Below are positions 46,041-57,455 of a stretch of DNA of 64,000 bases, one piece after another. The DNA is taken from positions 20,188 through 84,187 of the forward strand of contig CAIKZC010000001.1 in assembly GCA_903831815.1 (NCBI GenBank), read 5' to 3'. This stretch comes from an uncultured bacterium. GTDB lineage: Bacteria; Patescibacteriota; Minisyncoccia; Phycocordibacterales; UBA11359. Made by a program: the position numbers and the translations under genes. The first letter of the stretch is position 1. Each line of letters opens with the position of its first letter. The notes below the pieces were generated by a model. The model was given only the letters and a program-made list of their open reading frames with translations, did no database searches and was not told the origin of the DNA.

Positions 46041-47471
46041 TTAACGAACGCTCTCTACGACCTTGCCAAGCTGGAACAGAATATCTTCACGGAAATGCGG
46101 AGCCATAATCTGAAATCCTAAAGGTAAGTCTTTCCCTTCTCGATTGGCGGTGCCACACGGTACAGAAATAGCCGGTACACCGACCAGATTGGCAGTGACC
46201 GTAAAAATATCAGCGAGATACATTGAAAGTGGGTCCGAAGCTTTCTCGCCAACTTTAAATGATGGAGTCGGAGAAGTTGGAGTCACAATCACATCAACTT
46301 CTTTGAAAGCTTCAATGAAATCTTTTTTTAGGAGGTTTTGTGTTGCGCGAGCTTTGCCGTAATATGCATCATAATATCCCGTCGAAAGGACATATGTTCC
46401 AAGTATAATACGACGGCGAACTTCTTTTCCCAGAAATTGTCCGCGGGTTAGCATATAATCTTCCAATAGATCCTTACCGTCCGCATGAGCGCCATATTTT
46501 ATACCATCAAAACGCGCCAAGTTTGAAGAAACTTCGGCTGGCATCAAGACATAGTAAACCGCGAGAGAATAATCTATGTTCGGCAAGGAAACATCTACGA
46601 TCGTGTGGCCGGCATTTTCCAATTTCTTTAAAGTTTCTTCAAAATTTTTCAGCACATCGACGTCGATGCCCTCTTTCATAAAATGTCGCGGTACACCAAT
46701 TGTTAATTTAAGTTTTTCTTCTTTTCCCGTAAACAGTGAATCGGCCGAAGTGCTGTCATACTTATCTTTACCTTTTATTGTATTAAAAATTATTTCAGAA
46801 TCGGCAACGGTTTTGGTAATCGGACCGGCTTGATCAAGCGAAGATCCCATGGCAATAAGACCATATCGCGAAATTGCTCCATAAGTGGGCTTTAAACCAA
46901 CCATACCGCAAAAAGATGCGGGTTGACGTACGGAACCACCCGTATCTGTCCCTAAAGCAGCTAATGCCCCGTCCATGGCCACTGCCGCCACACTTCCGCC
47001 TGAAGAACCTCCGGAAACACGTGTTGGGTCGACCGGATTTCGAGTTGCGCCATAAGCAGAGTTTTCGGTTGAACCACCCATAGCGAACTCGTCCATGTTT
47101 GTGCGGCCAAGAAAAATCGCTCCGGCTTCTTTAAGTTTTTTTGTGACCGTCGCGTCGTAGCTGGCTTTGTAGTTTTCCAAAATTTTTGAAGAAGCTCCGG
47201 CGATTCTGCCCTCGATCAAAATATTGTCTTTCATGGCAAAAGGAATGCCAGTCAACAAATTAACACTACCGACTTTTCCGGATTTGATTTTTATGTCAGC
47301 CTGCTTCGCTTGTTCAAGAGCATCAACAAAAACTTCTCTATATGCATTAATTTCAGGATTTTTCTTAGCAATGATGTCGAGATAAGTTTGAGTTAGTTCA
47401 ACCGCAGTAAAATCGCCTTTTATCAAATGGTCGTGAGCGGATTCTATGGTTAGTTTGGATACATCGATCAT
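46041..47471 (-). CDS. gatA: Asp/Glu-tRNA amidotransferase subunit A
   Basis: KDNI, GGSSGGS, GTDTGGSVRQPAS. Confidence 0.96.
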   Translation of the reverse strand: MIDVSKLTIESAHDHLIKGDFTAVELTQTYLDIIAKKNPEINAYREVFVDALEQAKQADIKIKSGKVGSVNLLTGIPFAMKDNILIEGRIAGASSKILENYKASYDATVTKKLKEAGAIFLGRTNMDEFAMGGSTENSAYGATRNPVDPTRVSGGSSGGSVAAVAMDGALAALGTDTGGSVRQPASFCGMVGLKPTYGAISRYGLIAMGSSLDQAGPITKTVADSEIIFNTIKGKDKYDSTSADSLFTGKEEKLKLTIGVPRHFMKEGIDVDVLKNFEETLKKLENAGHTIVDVSLPNIDYSLAVYYVLMPAEVSSNLARFDGIKYGAHADGKDLLEDYMLTRGQFLGKEVRRRIILGTYVLSTGYYDAYYGKARATQNLLKKDFIEAFKEVDVIVTPTSPTPSFKVGEKASDPLSMYLADIFTVTANLVGVPAISVPCGTANREGKDLPLGFQIMAPHFREDILFQLGKVVESVR

Positions 47472-47492
47472 GAAAATTTCTGAATTATACAA

Positions 47493-47792
47493 TTACATTA
47501 TTTTTTTTACTTTAAGATAATTGTCTTCGCGGGCCGGCGCGGAGGCAAGGACCCTCTCGGTGAATTCGCTCGGCATATGCGGCTCGCCGTCTTCGCGCAA
47601 AACATTGCGAAGCGCGCCGGCCTGAACGGTCGGTTTTTGAGAAACTGCATCGGAAACCAGAGTCGCTTTCTTGATTTGATCAATATAACCCAAAATAGAC
47701 TCGATTTGAGTACGCAAAGTCTCCTGCTCTTCCGGAGCTATTTTTATTCGAGATAATTCGGAGAGTTTTTGAATATCCTCAATCGTAATCAT
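47493..47792 (-). CDS. gatC: Asp/Glu-tRNA amidotransferase subunit C
   Basis: LSELSRI, NVLRED, AP..EDNYLKV; upstream of gatA. Confidence 0.92.
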   Translation of the reverse strand: MITIEDIQKLSELSRIKIAPEEQETLRTQIESILGYIDQIKKATLVSDAVSQKPTVQAGALRNVLREDGEPHMPSEFTERVLASAPAREDNYLKVKKIM

Positions 47793-47813
47793 GCCCGTAA
47801 TACTAGCATTTTT

Positions 47814-49862
<2,049 letters not shown>

Positions 49863-50396
49863 TTAATAATTCGTCGTAATGCCGCGCTCCAAACGACTCA
49901 GTGATGCAGCGCAAGTATTATAGCCGTAAGATTGAATAGTTGTATACATTCTGGTTTGATCCTGCCCAAGATTTATATCTCCGATGTTTTTTAAAATTTT
50001 AACGACCGCACAGGTTGTTTGATTATTTGAAACAATGCCGACAGGAATACCCGGTACCAAGAAGGTATAACTGTAATTTTCTTGGTTCGATCCGGTATCG
50101 AGAGAGTAGGATATATCCCTGCCGTTGCAGCTTATTGGCTCAAGATTATTACCACCATCAGCACCGTTTGCCCACACAAATTTTCCTCCACCATTGGCGC
50201 TCTGATCCCAATACATGGCGCATTCAACTCCAGAATCGGCAGCATAGAAGGCGATCTGAGAATCTTTGTTGGCAATAGAGAGCATTTGTTCTTTTAGCGC
50301 GATCCCTCCGATAGACATGGCAATAATCAGCAAAATTCCCGCTGTCACCACGGCAACCAAAATCGTAAAGCCTTTTTGTGAATTTTTGCTATTCAT
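49863..50396 (-). CDS. Minor pilin, PilX-like
   Basis: KG|FTILVAV leader lacking E5; AFYAADSGVECA. Confidence 0.8.
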   Translation of the reverse strand: MNSKNSQKGFTILVAVVTAGILLIIAMSIGGIALKEQMLSIANKDSQIAFYAADSGVECAMYWDQSANGGGKFVWANGADGGNNLEPISCNGRDISYSLDTGSNQENYSYTFLVPGIPVGIVSNNQTTCAVVKILKNIGDINLGQDQTRMYTTIQSYGYNTCAASLSRLERGITTNY

Positions 50397-50982
50397 AATT
50401 GTAATCATTGAAAATATCTTCACTGACGGTATACGAACGCGGAAGCGCGCCATCATTCCAACTCACGGTCACGGTAACAGTCACTTCATCACTTGTAATC
50501 GGAGTGACAACCACAACTCGCGTATACGGAGAAGGTTTATCATATGTGGAAGATTCGGAACGGTAACCATAAAAACCGTCACTGTTTTGGTATAACGCTT
50601 CCAAATTTGAATCGATATGCTGAATATAATTACTTTTTGGATCAACATAGCAACCGTGACCTCCACAAAAAGCAGAATCGGTTAGGTTTCCAACAACGCG
50701 ATTTGAATTGATTGCTTCTAGCCACGATACCGATAAAATGTTCGAATTATCATTTGGGTCAAACTGTTTATAATAATTTGTACCACGAAGATTATTTATG
50801 TATTCGAGAGCTTCCTGCGCAAGATAGATCGCGGTCACTTGATTGCGTTGATGGTTTGAAGAAAAAAGTCCGGCTTGCACCAACGAAAGCGGTCCTGCAA
50901 TGGCAATCATCAAAATACTGACAGCTATCATGGTTTCGATGAGAGAAAATCCGTATTTATTTTTGAAAGTATTTTTTATCAT
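50389..50982 (-). CDS. Minor pilin, PilV-like
   Basis: G|FSLIET prepilin motif; A..LAQEALE. Confidence 0.85.
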   Translation of the reverse strand: MIKNTFKNKYGFSLIETMIAVSILMIAIAGPLSLVQAGLFSSNHQRNQVTAIYLAQEALEYINNLRGTNYYKQFDPNDNSNILSVSWLEAINSNRVVGNLTDSAFCGGHGCYVDPKSNYIQHIDSNLEALYQNSDGFYGYRSESSTYDKPSPYTRVVVVTPITSDEVTVTVTVSWNDGALPRSYTVSEDIFNDYNYE

Positions 50983-50983
50983 T

Positions 50984-51643
50984 TTATTGACAAGAAGTTG
51001 CATTCGGAAAAACCTTGCATGTATCCAAATTCCTCTGCGAGATCAAAGTCTCGATTTCAAATTTTTGTTGACTCGTTCCGGCGGTCGCATATCCCGAAAC
51101 AGCGATGAAAACTGAAGGTTGTTGCTGTATGCTTTCTTCCGCTCCTTGCACATAGAAATTCAATTTTGTAATATGGACTTCCGGTGCGGTCATAGCGACG
51201 CAAACACCTTGATTTTGAAAATCAATTTGATTCGCACATTTATAAATGGTGCCTGGAACCGTTTGGTCAGCTGAATCATTATCGCGTCTTAGCGTGTAGA
51301 TGGTCTGTTCTCCGAGATATCCAGCGGCAATGGGGCGAGCCACAAAAGCAAATGTGCTATCCCCATCCAAACAAGAAGTTGGATCTTTAAAATTTCCGTC
51401 CGGATTTCCGCAATGATACATCGTGCCATATCGCGCATCCCTCGACATCGTATCCAAGGCACTACTTAAATTATCCATCACAGATTTCAAGGCTTGCGAC
51501 GTTTTGTTGGCTGCCACAATACTGAAAATTGCTCCGACTGCGATCGTCATGATGATACTGAAGACAAAAACCGCAACCAGCATTTCAATCAGGGTAAATC
51601 CGGATCTTTTTGAAATTATTTTTTTTGACCGAAGAAGTTTCAT
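50984..51643 (-). CDS. Minor pilin, PilW/PulJ-like
   Basis: G|FTLIEMLVA prepilin motif. Confidence 0.85.
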   Translation of the reverse strand: MKLLRSKKIISKRSGFTLIEMLVAVFVFSIIMTIAVGAIFSIVAANKTSQALKSVMDNLSSALDTMSRDARYGTMYHCGNPDGNFKDPTSCLDGDSTFAFVARPIAAGYLGEQTIYTLRRDNDSADQTVPGTIYKCANQIDFQNQGVCVAMTAPEVHITKLNFYVQGAEESIQQQPSVFIAVSGYATAGTSQQKFEIETLISQRNLDTCKVFPNATSCQ

Positions 51644-51649
51644 GATCGT

Positions 51650-52267
51650 TTATTGTACAGATATTTGACCTGATTGTTCCACAACAACGGATTTATGAAG
51701 GTCGTTTGAAGAATTTTGTAATTTTATTGTGGCCTCACTACCGTTACTAAATCTATGACCTCTGATATTAATTCCTGTACCGGATATTTTAGCTTCAGGA
51801 TCCGGTCGTTTAAATACGATATCGAGAGCATCGAACGTGCATGGATTATTTCCCAAAGAAACATTGTTAGCAATACATAAACTTTCTATATTGATACCCC
51901 GTTGAAATTTATATGTTTGTATGACAGTCTCACCGTTATCATATGATCCGTTATTGTTTTCATCAACAAACAATGTCAATGGCGTGGCTTCAGGAGTTGA
52001 TTTATCAAAATGCACGCCGTAAGCGCTTTGAAAATTGTTGAAGCTATCAGTACTAATTGGCGACATCTGACCGCTTGCTCCTCCCTCTTTTACAGCAACA
52101 CCATAAACTTGCGCCTGACGAATCGTGAGCGAAATATCGTAGGCAAAAGCTCCAAGCAAAGAACTATCGTTAAATTTATTGTAATTAAAAATGACAACGG
52201 AAGTCATGATCAACATAATGGAAATGGTGACCATAAGCTCGATGAGAGTAAATCCTTTTGTTGTCAT
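51650..52267 (-). CDS. Minor pilin, FimT/PulH-like
   Basis: G|FTLIELMV; YGVHF. Confidence 0.85.
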   Translation of the reverse strand: MTTKGFTLIELMVTISIMLIMTSVVIFNYNKFNDSSLLGAFAYDISLTIRQAQVYGVAVKEGGASGQMSPISTDSFNNFQSAYGVHFDKSTPEATPLTLFVDENNNGSYDNGETVIQTYKFQRGINIESLCIANNVSLGNNPCTFDALDIVFKRPDPEAKISGTGINIRGHRFSNGSEATIKLQNSSNDLHKSVVVEQSGQISVQ

Positions 52268-52273
52268 AGGGTA

Positions 52274-52287
52274 CACTATCTTAAGAT
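52274..52287 (-). promoter_or_regulatory. Conserved 14-bp upstream motif ATCTTAAGATAGTG, copy 2
   Basis: Fills most of the pilD to minor-pilin gap; 6 nt before the ATG. Confidence 0.65.
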
Positions 52288-52288
52288 G

Positions 52289-53098
52289 TTATAAGAACGA
52301 GCCGACCAAAAGCAAATTGAAACCGGAAAAGAAGACGAATAAAACTCCGAAAATGAGGAATGGAGCAAATGGAAGCTCACTCTTCATTGTAAGGCTATTT
52401 CGGGCAAAAAACAATCCGATACAAGTGCGAGAAAACCAAGCTGAATCTGAGATTTTTTGAAGCAAGAGGTAGGCTAAACCGAATATGGCACCAGTCCAGA
52501 AACCGATGATAATAGCCGATAAACCGAGTGAAAGTCCAAGGTAGGCACCGATTCCGATAGCTAATTTACCGTCACCTAGGCCAATCCAACGACCGTTGGA
52601 AACTTTCCAGAGCAAATAAAAAGGTAAGAACAAAATACCTCCGGCCAAAAAATTCCAGATCAGAAAACTTCCGCCATATAGTAGCGGCGCCAATAATTTT
52701 GCGAGGCCAGCTATTACAAACAACGTTACTAATCCGTCCGGGATGATCTTGTGTCGAATATCATAAACCGTCATCACCACGAGCACCCCCACCACAACCA
52801 AATCAAAGAAAAGTGCAATCGAAAGACCGTCAACACTATAAACCGCCAAAAATAAAATAGCGGTAATGAGTTCGATGATCGGATATTGCCAAGAAATCTT
52901 ACTTTTGCAAGTACGACAACGTCCGCGAAAAGTCAAAAAACTCGCAACCGGGATCATGTCGAACCACTGCAGACGTCGACCGCAAGAAAAACATTGTGAG
53001 CGACCATTGATAGACATGCCAGTGTTGTATCGATAGATCACAACATTGAGAAAACTGCCGATACACGCTCCGAGCAAAAAGAAAAAAAGTGAAAACAT
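52289..53098 (-). CDS. pilD: Prepilin peptidase
   Basis: GSFLNVVIYR, two CxxC motifs, GLGDGKL, PFAPFL. Confidence 0.95.
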   Translation of the reverse strand: MFSLFFFLLGACIGSFLNVVIYRYNTGMSINGRSQCFSCGRRLQWFDMIPVASFLTFRGRCRTCKSKISWQYPIIELITAILFLAVYSVDGLSIALFFDLVVVGVLVVMTVYDIRHKIIPDGLVTLFVIAGLAKLLAPLLYGGSFLIWNFLAGGILFLPFYLLWKVSNGRWIGLGDGKLAIGIGAYLGLSLGLSAIIIGFWTGAIFGLAYLLLQKISDSAWFSRTCIGLFFARNSLTMKSELPFAPFLIFGVLFVFFSGFNLLLVGSFL

Positions 53099-53108
53099 GT
53101 TATGGTGT

Positions 53109-53573
53109 CTAAATAGAAGTATTAGCGCTCGTTGATTGCACAGCGTCCGGACTGGTCACTCCGTAAAGATTTTGAGTATCGGCAGGTAAAGGAGTTTCAG
53201 TACAAGTTGTCAAAGAATTTTTAGGTATTAGGTTTGGAGTCGTTTTCGAATTTTCCAAAGTTGTATACAAGAAATAACTTATTCCGCATTCCCCTCCCGA
53301 AAATCGAAGAGGAACATAAGTATAAGCCGCGCCGCTTGGATCTTTCGGTAAATTTGGAAATGACGTTTGATCGGTCAAATCTCTTGGATAAATACCGTTC
53401 TGCTCTTTAAATGACTCAAGTTTTAATTGAATCAGACGAATATCCGTTTTGCGCTGATTATCTCGCGCCACCGATTTGGCCGAACTCCCGGCCATTATAG
53501 CAACACTCGTTAAAATGGCGATTATCCCGACCACAACCATTATCTCAATAAGAGTAAATCCTTTTTTTATCAT
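53109..53573 (-). CDS. Type IV pilin, GspG-like
   Basis: G|FTLIEIMVV, ARDNQRK.D, YP, PKDP. Confidence 0.88.
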   Translation of the reverse strand: MIKKGFTLIEIMVVVGIIAILTSVAIMAGSSAKSVARDNQRKTDIRLIQLKLESFKEQNGIYPRDLTDQTSFPNLPKDPSGAAYTYVPLRFSGGECGISYFLYTTLENSKTTPNLIPKNSLTTCTETPLPADTQNLYGVTSPDAVQSTSANTSI

Positions 53574-53593
53574 ATTAATATTGTACCACAATT

Positions 53594-53621
53594 TAAAAAC
53601 CTCACGAATGTGAGGTTTTTA
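53594..53621. terminator. Intrinsic terminator after pilin 2
   Basis: TAAAAACCTCAC-GAAT-GTGAGGTTTTTA. Confidence 0.8.
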
Positions 53622-53642
53622 CTTAAAAATATCTTCAAAAAA

Positions 53643-54104
53643 TTACATTGTGTTTCCAAAACAATCCTTTCCGGAAGCAGGTACGGTTGTCGCGGCTGAT
53701 AACCCGGCACTATCTATACACCAACCGTTTGCACCATTAGCGTACAATGCGTGCCACATTGAGTAACTAGTTATGTTTGAACCTATATTTGCTCCTGCAT
53801 TGGATGTACAAGTTGGGGATGTAAGATTTGACCAGTTACTTGCAGTCATAAGTTTTGATACGCCAGGATCAATTACTAAAGTACCGCAAGTATTTGCTGT
53901 AGCCACAGTCGTTACGCCATATTTATTTCCCGAATAAACAATTTCAGCAGCTGCCCTAATACTAGACATTTGTGCTTGAATCTTTGCATCATTCGCTCTA
54001 TTTCGAGCCGTACTTAACGATGCCATCACAATTGCTGAAAGAATACCGATGATGGCGATAACCACCAAGAGTTCAACTAACGTAAAACCTTTAATTTTTT
54101 TCAT
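53643..54104 (-). CDS. Type IV pilin (paralog 2)
   Basis: G|FTLVELLVVIAIIGIL; C-terminal WCIDS. Confidence 0.92.
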   Translation of the reverse strand: MKKIKGFTLVELLVVIAIIGILSAIVMASLSTARNRANDAKIQAQMSSIRAAAEIVYSGNKYGVTTVATANTCGTLVIDPGVSKLMTASNWSNLTSPTCTSNAGANIGSNITSYSMWHALYANGANGWCIDSAGLSAATTVPASGKDCFGNTM

Positions 54105-54167
54105 ATTGTTTAGATTACAATTTATTTCATTTATAATACCATAACATATATACAAATGTACACAACA

Positions 54168-54196
54168 AAAAAACTCCGCGAAACGCGGAGTTTTTT
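54168..54196. terminator. Intrinsic terminator after the major pilin
   Basis: AAAAAACTCCGCG-AAA-CGCGGAGTTTTTT. Confidence 0.85.
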
Positions 54197-54215
54197 GATC
54201 AACTAAACAAAAGTC

Positions 54216-54671
54216 TTAAATACAAGCTGTAGCACCTGCAAGTTGAAGAGCTCCTTCTTGAGTTGATTTACCGGTACTATCTACACACCAGTATTGACCG
54301 GTTGTGGTCAAAGGAGCCTGAGCTGCCCAAGCACCAGCAGCATCACTGCAACTTACGTTACCAGCTGTCTCAACTGCACCCATAGCCAAGATACCTGCTC
54401 CGGTTGACGAAGCACTAGCTAACAAAAGAGACTTTATACCTCCAGGTGTTGCGGTACCAAGAGCTGAACAAACGCCACCATAACTATTCGTATTGCCTCC
54501 ATAAAAAATTTCAGCTTGTGCACGAGCACTACTCATTTGAGCTTGAACCGTCGCATCCTTTGCTCGATTTCGAGCTGTGTTAAGAGACGCCAACACTATT
54601 GCCGAAAGAATACCGATGATGGCGATAACCACCAAGAGCTCGATCAACGTAAAACCTTTGTTTCTTTTCAT
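54216..54671 (-). CDS. Type IV pilin (probable major pilin)
   Basis: G|FTLIELLVVIAIIGIL; WCVDS; own promoter and terminator. Confidence 0.92.
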   Translation of the reverse strand: MKRNKGFTLIELLVVIAIIGILSAIVLASLNTARNRAKDATVQAQMSSARAQAEIFYGGNTNSYGGVCSALGTATPGGIKSLLLASASSTGAGILAMGAVETAGNVSCSDAAGAWAAQAPLTTTGQYWCVDSTGKSTQEGALQLAGATACI

Positions 54672-54778
54672 TATATTAAACACTAACTAATAATTCTAAT
54701 AATAGACCGTGTCCATTTATTATACCCCATTTACCAACAGGTCAAAAGTCAACCTGTGGATAACCGCTATATCGTTTC

Positions 54779-55984
54779 CTAAACACTAGAAGCAACATTG
54801 TAAATAGGAATGAGGACTGAGGCAAGAAGAATACCAACCGCCAAGCCAAGAAAAACGATCATGACCGGCTCAATGAGACTGATCAGGGTTTCCATAGCGG
54901 CGCTAACTTCGCGCTGATAGAATTTGGACATCGTTTTGAGAATAGGACCGAGCTCCCCCGTTTCCTCACCCACCTTGATCATCTGTACGACAATGCCAGG
55001 AACTTCTGGATATTTTGACATAGCATCGGAAACTGCGGCGCCACCTTTAATCGACACAACTGTTTTTTCCAAAAGATTTTTATAAACTTCGTTATCAACG
55101 GTCGTAGCGCTTAGCTCGATCGAACGCACCATCGTGATACCGCTCGCGAGAGACGTGCTCATGTTGTCTGCAATGCGCGCCAAATATAATTTTTTATAGA
55201 AATCTCCCACGAACGGAATAGAAATCTTGAATCGATCGAGTGCGAGGCGACCGGACGTAGTTCGAATATATCTAAGCAAAAACAATCCGCCAACCACGAT
55301 CGCGATTAGCAAAAACAGCCCGTAATCGACAAAAAATGTGCTAAATCCCAAGATAAGACGGGTATAAAAAGGAATTTCTTGACCGGAAGCAAGTAAAATA
55401 TCGCTGATCTTCGGAATAACCATAGTAAGCATCAAGACCATCACGGCAACAAAAGTTACAACAACGAATGCGGGATAGATCAAAGCGTTGCGAGCTTTGG
55501 AATTCATCGCATATGTGCGATCCATGTATTCGGCAAGAGAATTAAATATTTCATCAAGGTGTCCGGTCTCTTCGCCTGAAACAACCATGCTGACATAAAA
55601 AGACGAAAACACTTTTGGATGTTTCGCCATAGCTTTTGAAATGGAACTACCGCCTTGAAGATCATCCGCAATAACATTAAGGATCGAAGCGAGTGCCGGA
55701 TTTTGTGTTTCGGTCGCTAAAAGCCTGAAAACTTTTAAAGCCGAAACCTGAGCGCTAAATAATGTGGCGATTTGTTGCGAAAGGATAACGACATCTTTTG
55801 TTTTAACGCCGTTTAGAAAGCTAAAATATTTTGTAATCTTATTGGGTGCATCAGCCGGTTGAATACTGGAAATAACCAAGTCGCGTCGTTGAAGAGAACT
55901 AATAGCGACATCGATATTTATGGCGTCGATCGAACCGCTCTGCGTTTCGCCTTTATTGGTTATAACTTTGTAATTGAAAAGCAT
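54779..55984 (-). CDS. pilC: Type IV pilus inner-membrane platform protein (GspF family)
   Basis: Two GspF domains (GEETG twice), ALIYP, IEP. Confidence 0.93.
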   Translation of the reverse strand: MLFNYKVITNKGETQSGSIDAINIDVAISSLQRRDLVISSIQPADAPNKITKYFSFLNGVKTKDVVILSQQIATLFSAQVSALKVFRLLATETQNPALASILNVIADDLQGGSSISKAMAKHPKVFSSFYVSMVVSGEETGHLDEIFNSLAEYMDRTYAMNSKARNALIYPAFVVVTFVAVMVLMLTMVIPKISDILLASGQEIPFYTRLILGFSTFFVDYGLFLLIAIVVGGLFLLRYIRTTSGRLALDRFKISIPFVGDFYKKLYLARIADNMSTSLASGITMVRSIELSATTVDNEVYKNLLEKTVVSIKGGAAVSDAMSKYPEVPGIVVQMIKVGEETGELGPILKTMSKFYQREVSAAMETLISLIEPVMIVFLGLAVGILLASVLIPIYNVASSV

Positions 55985-55990
55985 AATAAA

Positions 55991-57052
55991 TTAAATCATT
56001 TTCTCCAAATTTTTCGGATTGTTGGAATGTTGGTAAGCGTTTTCGATCGTGATTTCACCGCGACGAACCAAGTCAACGAGAGATCGGTTCATATCGATCA
56101 TCCCCTGCTCCGAACTTGTTTCGATGACGCTGGAAATTTCGTGCGTGCGTTTCTTGCGAATCAAGTTTGAAACTGCATTGTTGTTGATGAGAAGTTCATA
56201 AGCCGGAATAAGTCCGCCGGAAATGCGTGGAATAAGTCTTTGAGAAAAAATACCCGAAAGTGAACCGGCCAATTGAATGCGGATCTGTTCTTGTTGCTCA
56301 GCCGGAAAAGAGTCGATTATACGATCGATCGTTTGCGACGCGTCGTTGGTGTGCAAAGTAGAGAAAACCAAATGACCGGTTTCGGCAGCCGTAACGGCAG
56401 TTGAAATCGTTTCAAGTCCTCGCATTTCTCCAACCAAAACCACATCGATATCTTGTCGGAAAACATTGTGCAAACCGGTATGAAAATCGGCTGTGTCAAT
56501 GTGCACTTCTCTTTGATCGATGATAGATTTTTTCTCGGTATAAATATATTCGATCGGATCTTCAATCGTAATGATGTGCTCCAGTCTATTTTGATTGATC
56601 GATTCTATCATGGAAGCCAGAGTAGTTGACTTACCTTGCCCTACCGGACCCACTACAAGGAAAAAGCCTTGTTCCAGTTGAGTGAAAGATTCAAGGATTG
56701 GCGGTAAATTTAATTCTTGCAAACTTTTTATTTTTTGCGGAATGAGACGCAATGCAAAACTCATTTTATCTTGACGCATAAATCCGTTACCTCGAAAACG
56801 CGAATCTTTACTACTGAACGAAAAGTCGACTTCTTTGGTCGCGTTGAATTGATCGTGAGCTTGCTTTGTTAGTAGAATCGAAGCGACGCCTTCCATGTCA
56901 GCGCGAGTTAAAATGGGTTCTCTAACCAAAACCACCAACGTGCCATTAACACGAATAACCGGCGATCGACCTTCGGAAAGATGGAGGTCGGAAGCATTTT
57001 GCTGAATAACGCTTGTTATAAATTTTTCAAGAAACGCTTTATAATCGTTCAT
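55991..57052 (-). CDS. pilT: Type IV pilus retraction ATPase
   Basis: ASDLHL, GPVGQGKST, TIEDPIE, AAETGHLVFSTLH, NLIR. Confidence 0.93.
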   Translation of the reverse strand: MNDYKAFLEKFITSVIQQNASDLHLSEGRSPVIRVNGTLVVLVREPILTRADMEGVASILLTKQAHDQFNATKEVDFSFSSKDSRFRGNGFMRQDKMSFALRLIPQKIKSLQELNLPPILESFTQLEQGFFLVVGPVGQGKSTTLASMIESINQNRLEHIITIEDPIEYIYTEKKSIIDQREVHIDTADFHTGLHNVFRQDIDVVLVGEMRGLETISTAVTAAETGHLVFSTLHTNDASQTIDRIIDSFPAEQQEQIRIQLAGSLSGIFSQRLIPRISGGLIPAYELLINNNAVSNLIRKKRTHEISSVIETSSEQGMIDMNRSLVDLVRRGEITIENAYQHSNNPKNLEKMI

Positions 57053-57053
57053 T

Positions 57054-57443
57054 TTATTTTTTTGCTAAAATATCATCAACTGCTTTGACAACTTCAGAAG
57101 GAATTGAGGTGGCTTTGACAATATATCCGTCAATGCCGATCTTCTTGGCTCTTTCAATATCGGCCGGCTCACCTTGATTGGAAAGGATCAGACACTTAGC
57201 TTGATCAGCGAGGTGCTGATTGCGCACAGCGCTGAGTAATTCAATACCATCCATACCAGGCATGATCACGTCAAAGATCAAAATATCCGGCTTGTAACCG
57301 TCTTTTAATTTATCAATGGCTCCTTGGCTCGAAAGTGCGGAAACAACTTCATAATTATTTTTGCCAAACTTTAACGAATACATATTTAGCAAAAAACTAT
57401 CATCGTCAACAAGCAAAACTTTCTTCTTTAATGTATCGGTCAT
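57054..57443 (-). CDS. Single-domain response regulator (CheY-like)
   Basis: LVDDD, FDVIMPGMDG, YIVK. Confidence 0.9.
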   Translation of the reverse strand: MTDTLKKKVLLVDDDSFLLNMYSLKFGKNNYEVVSALSSQGAIDKLKDGYKPDILIFDVIMPGMDGIELLSAVRNQHLADQAKCLILSNQGEPADIERAKKIGIDGYIVKATSIPSEVVKAVDDILAKK

Positions 57444-57455
57444 AATAATATTATA

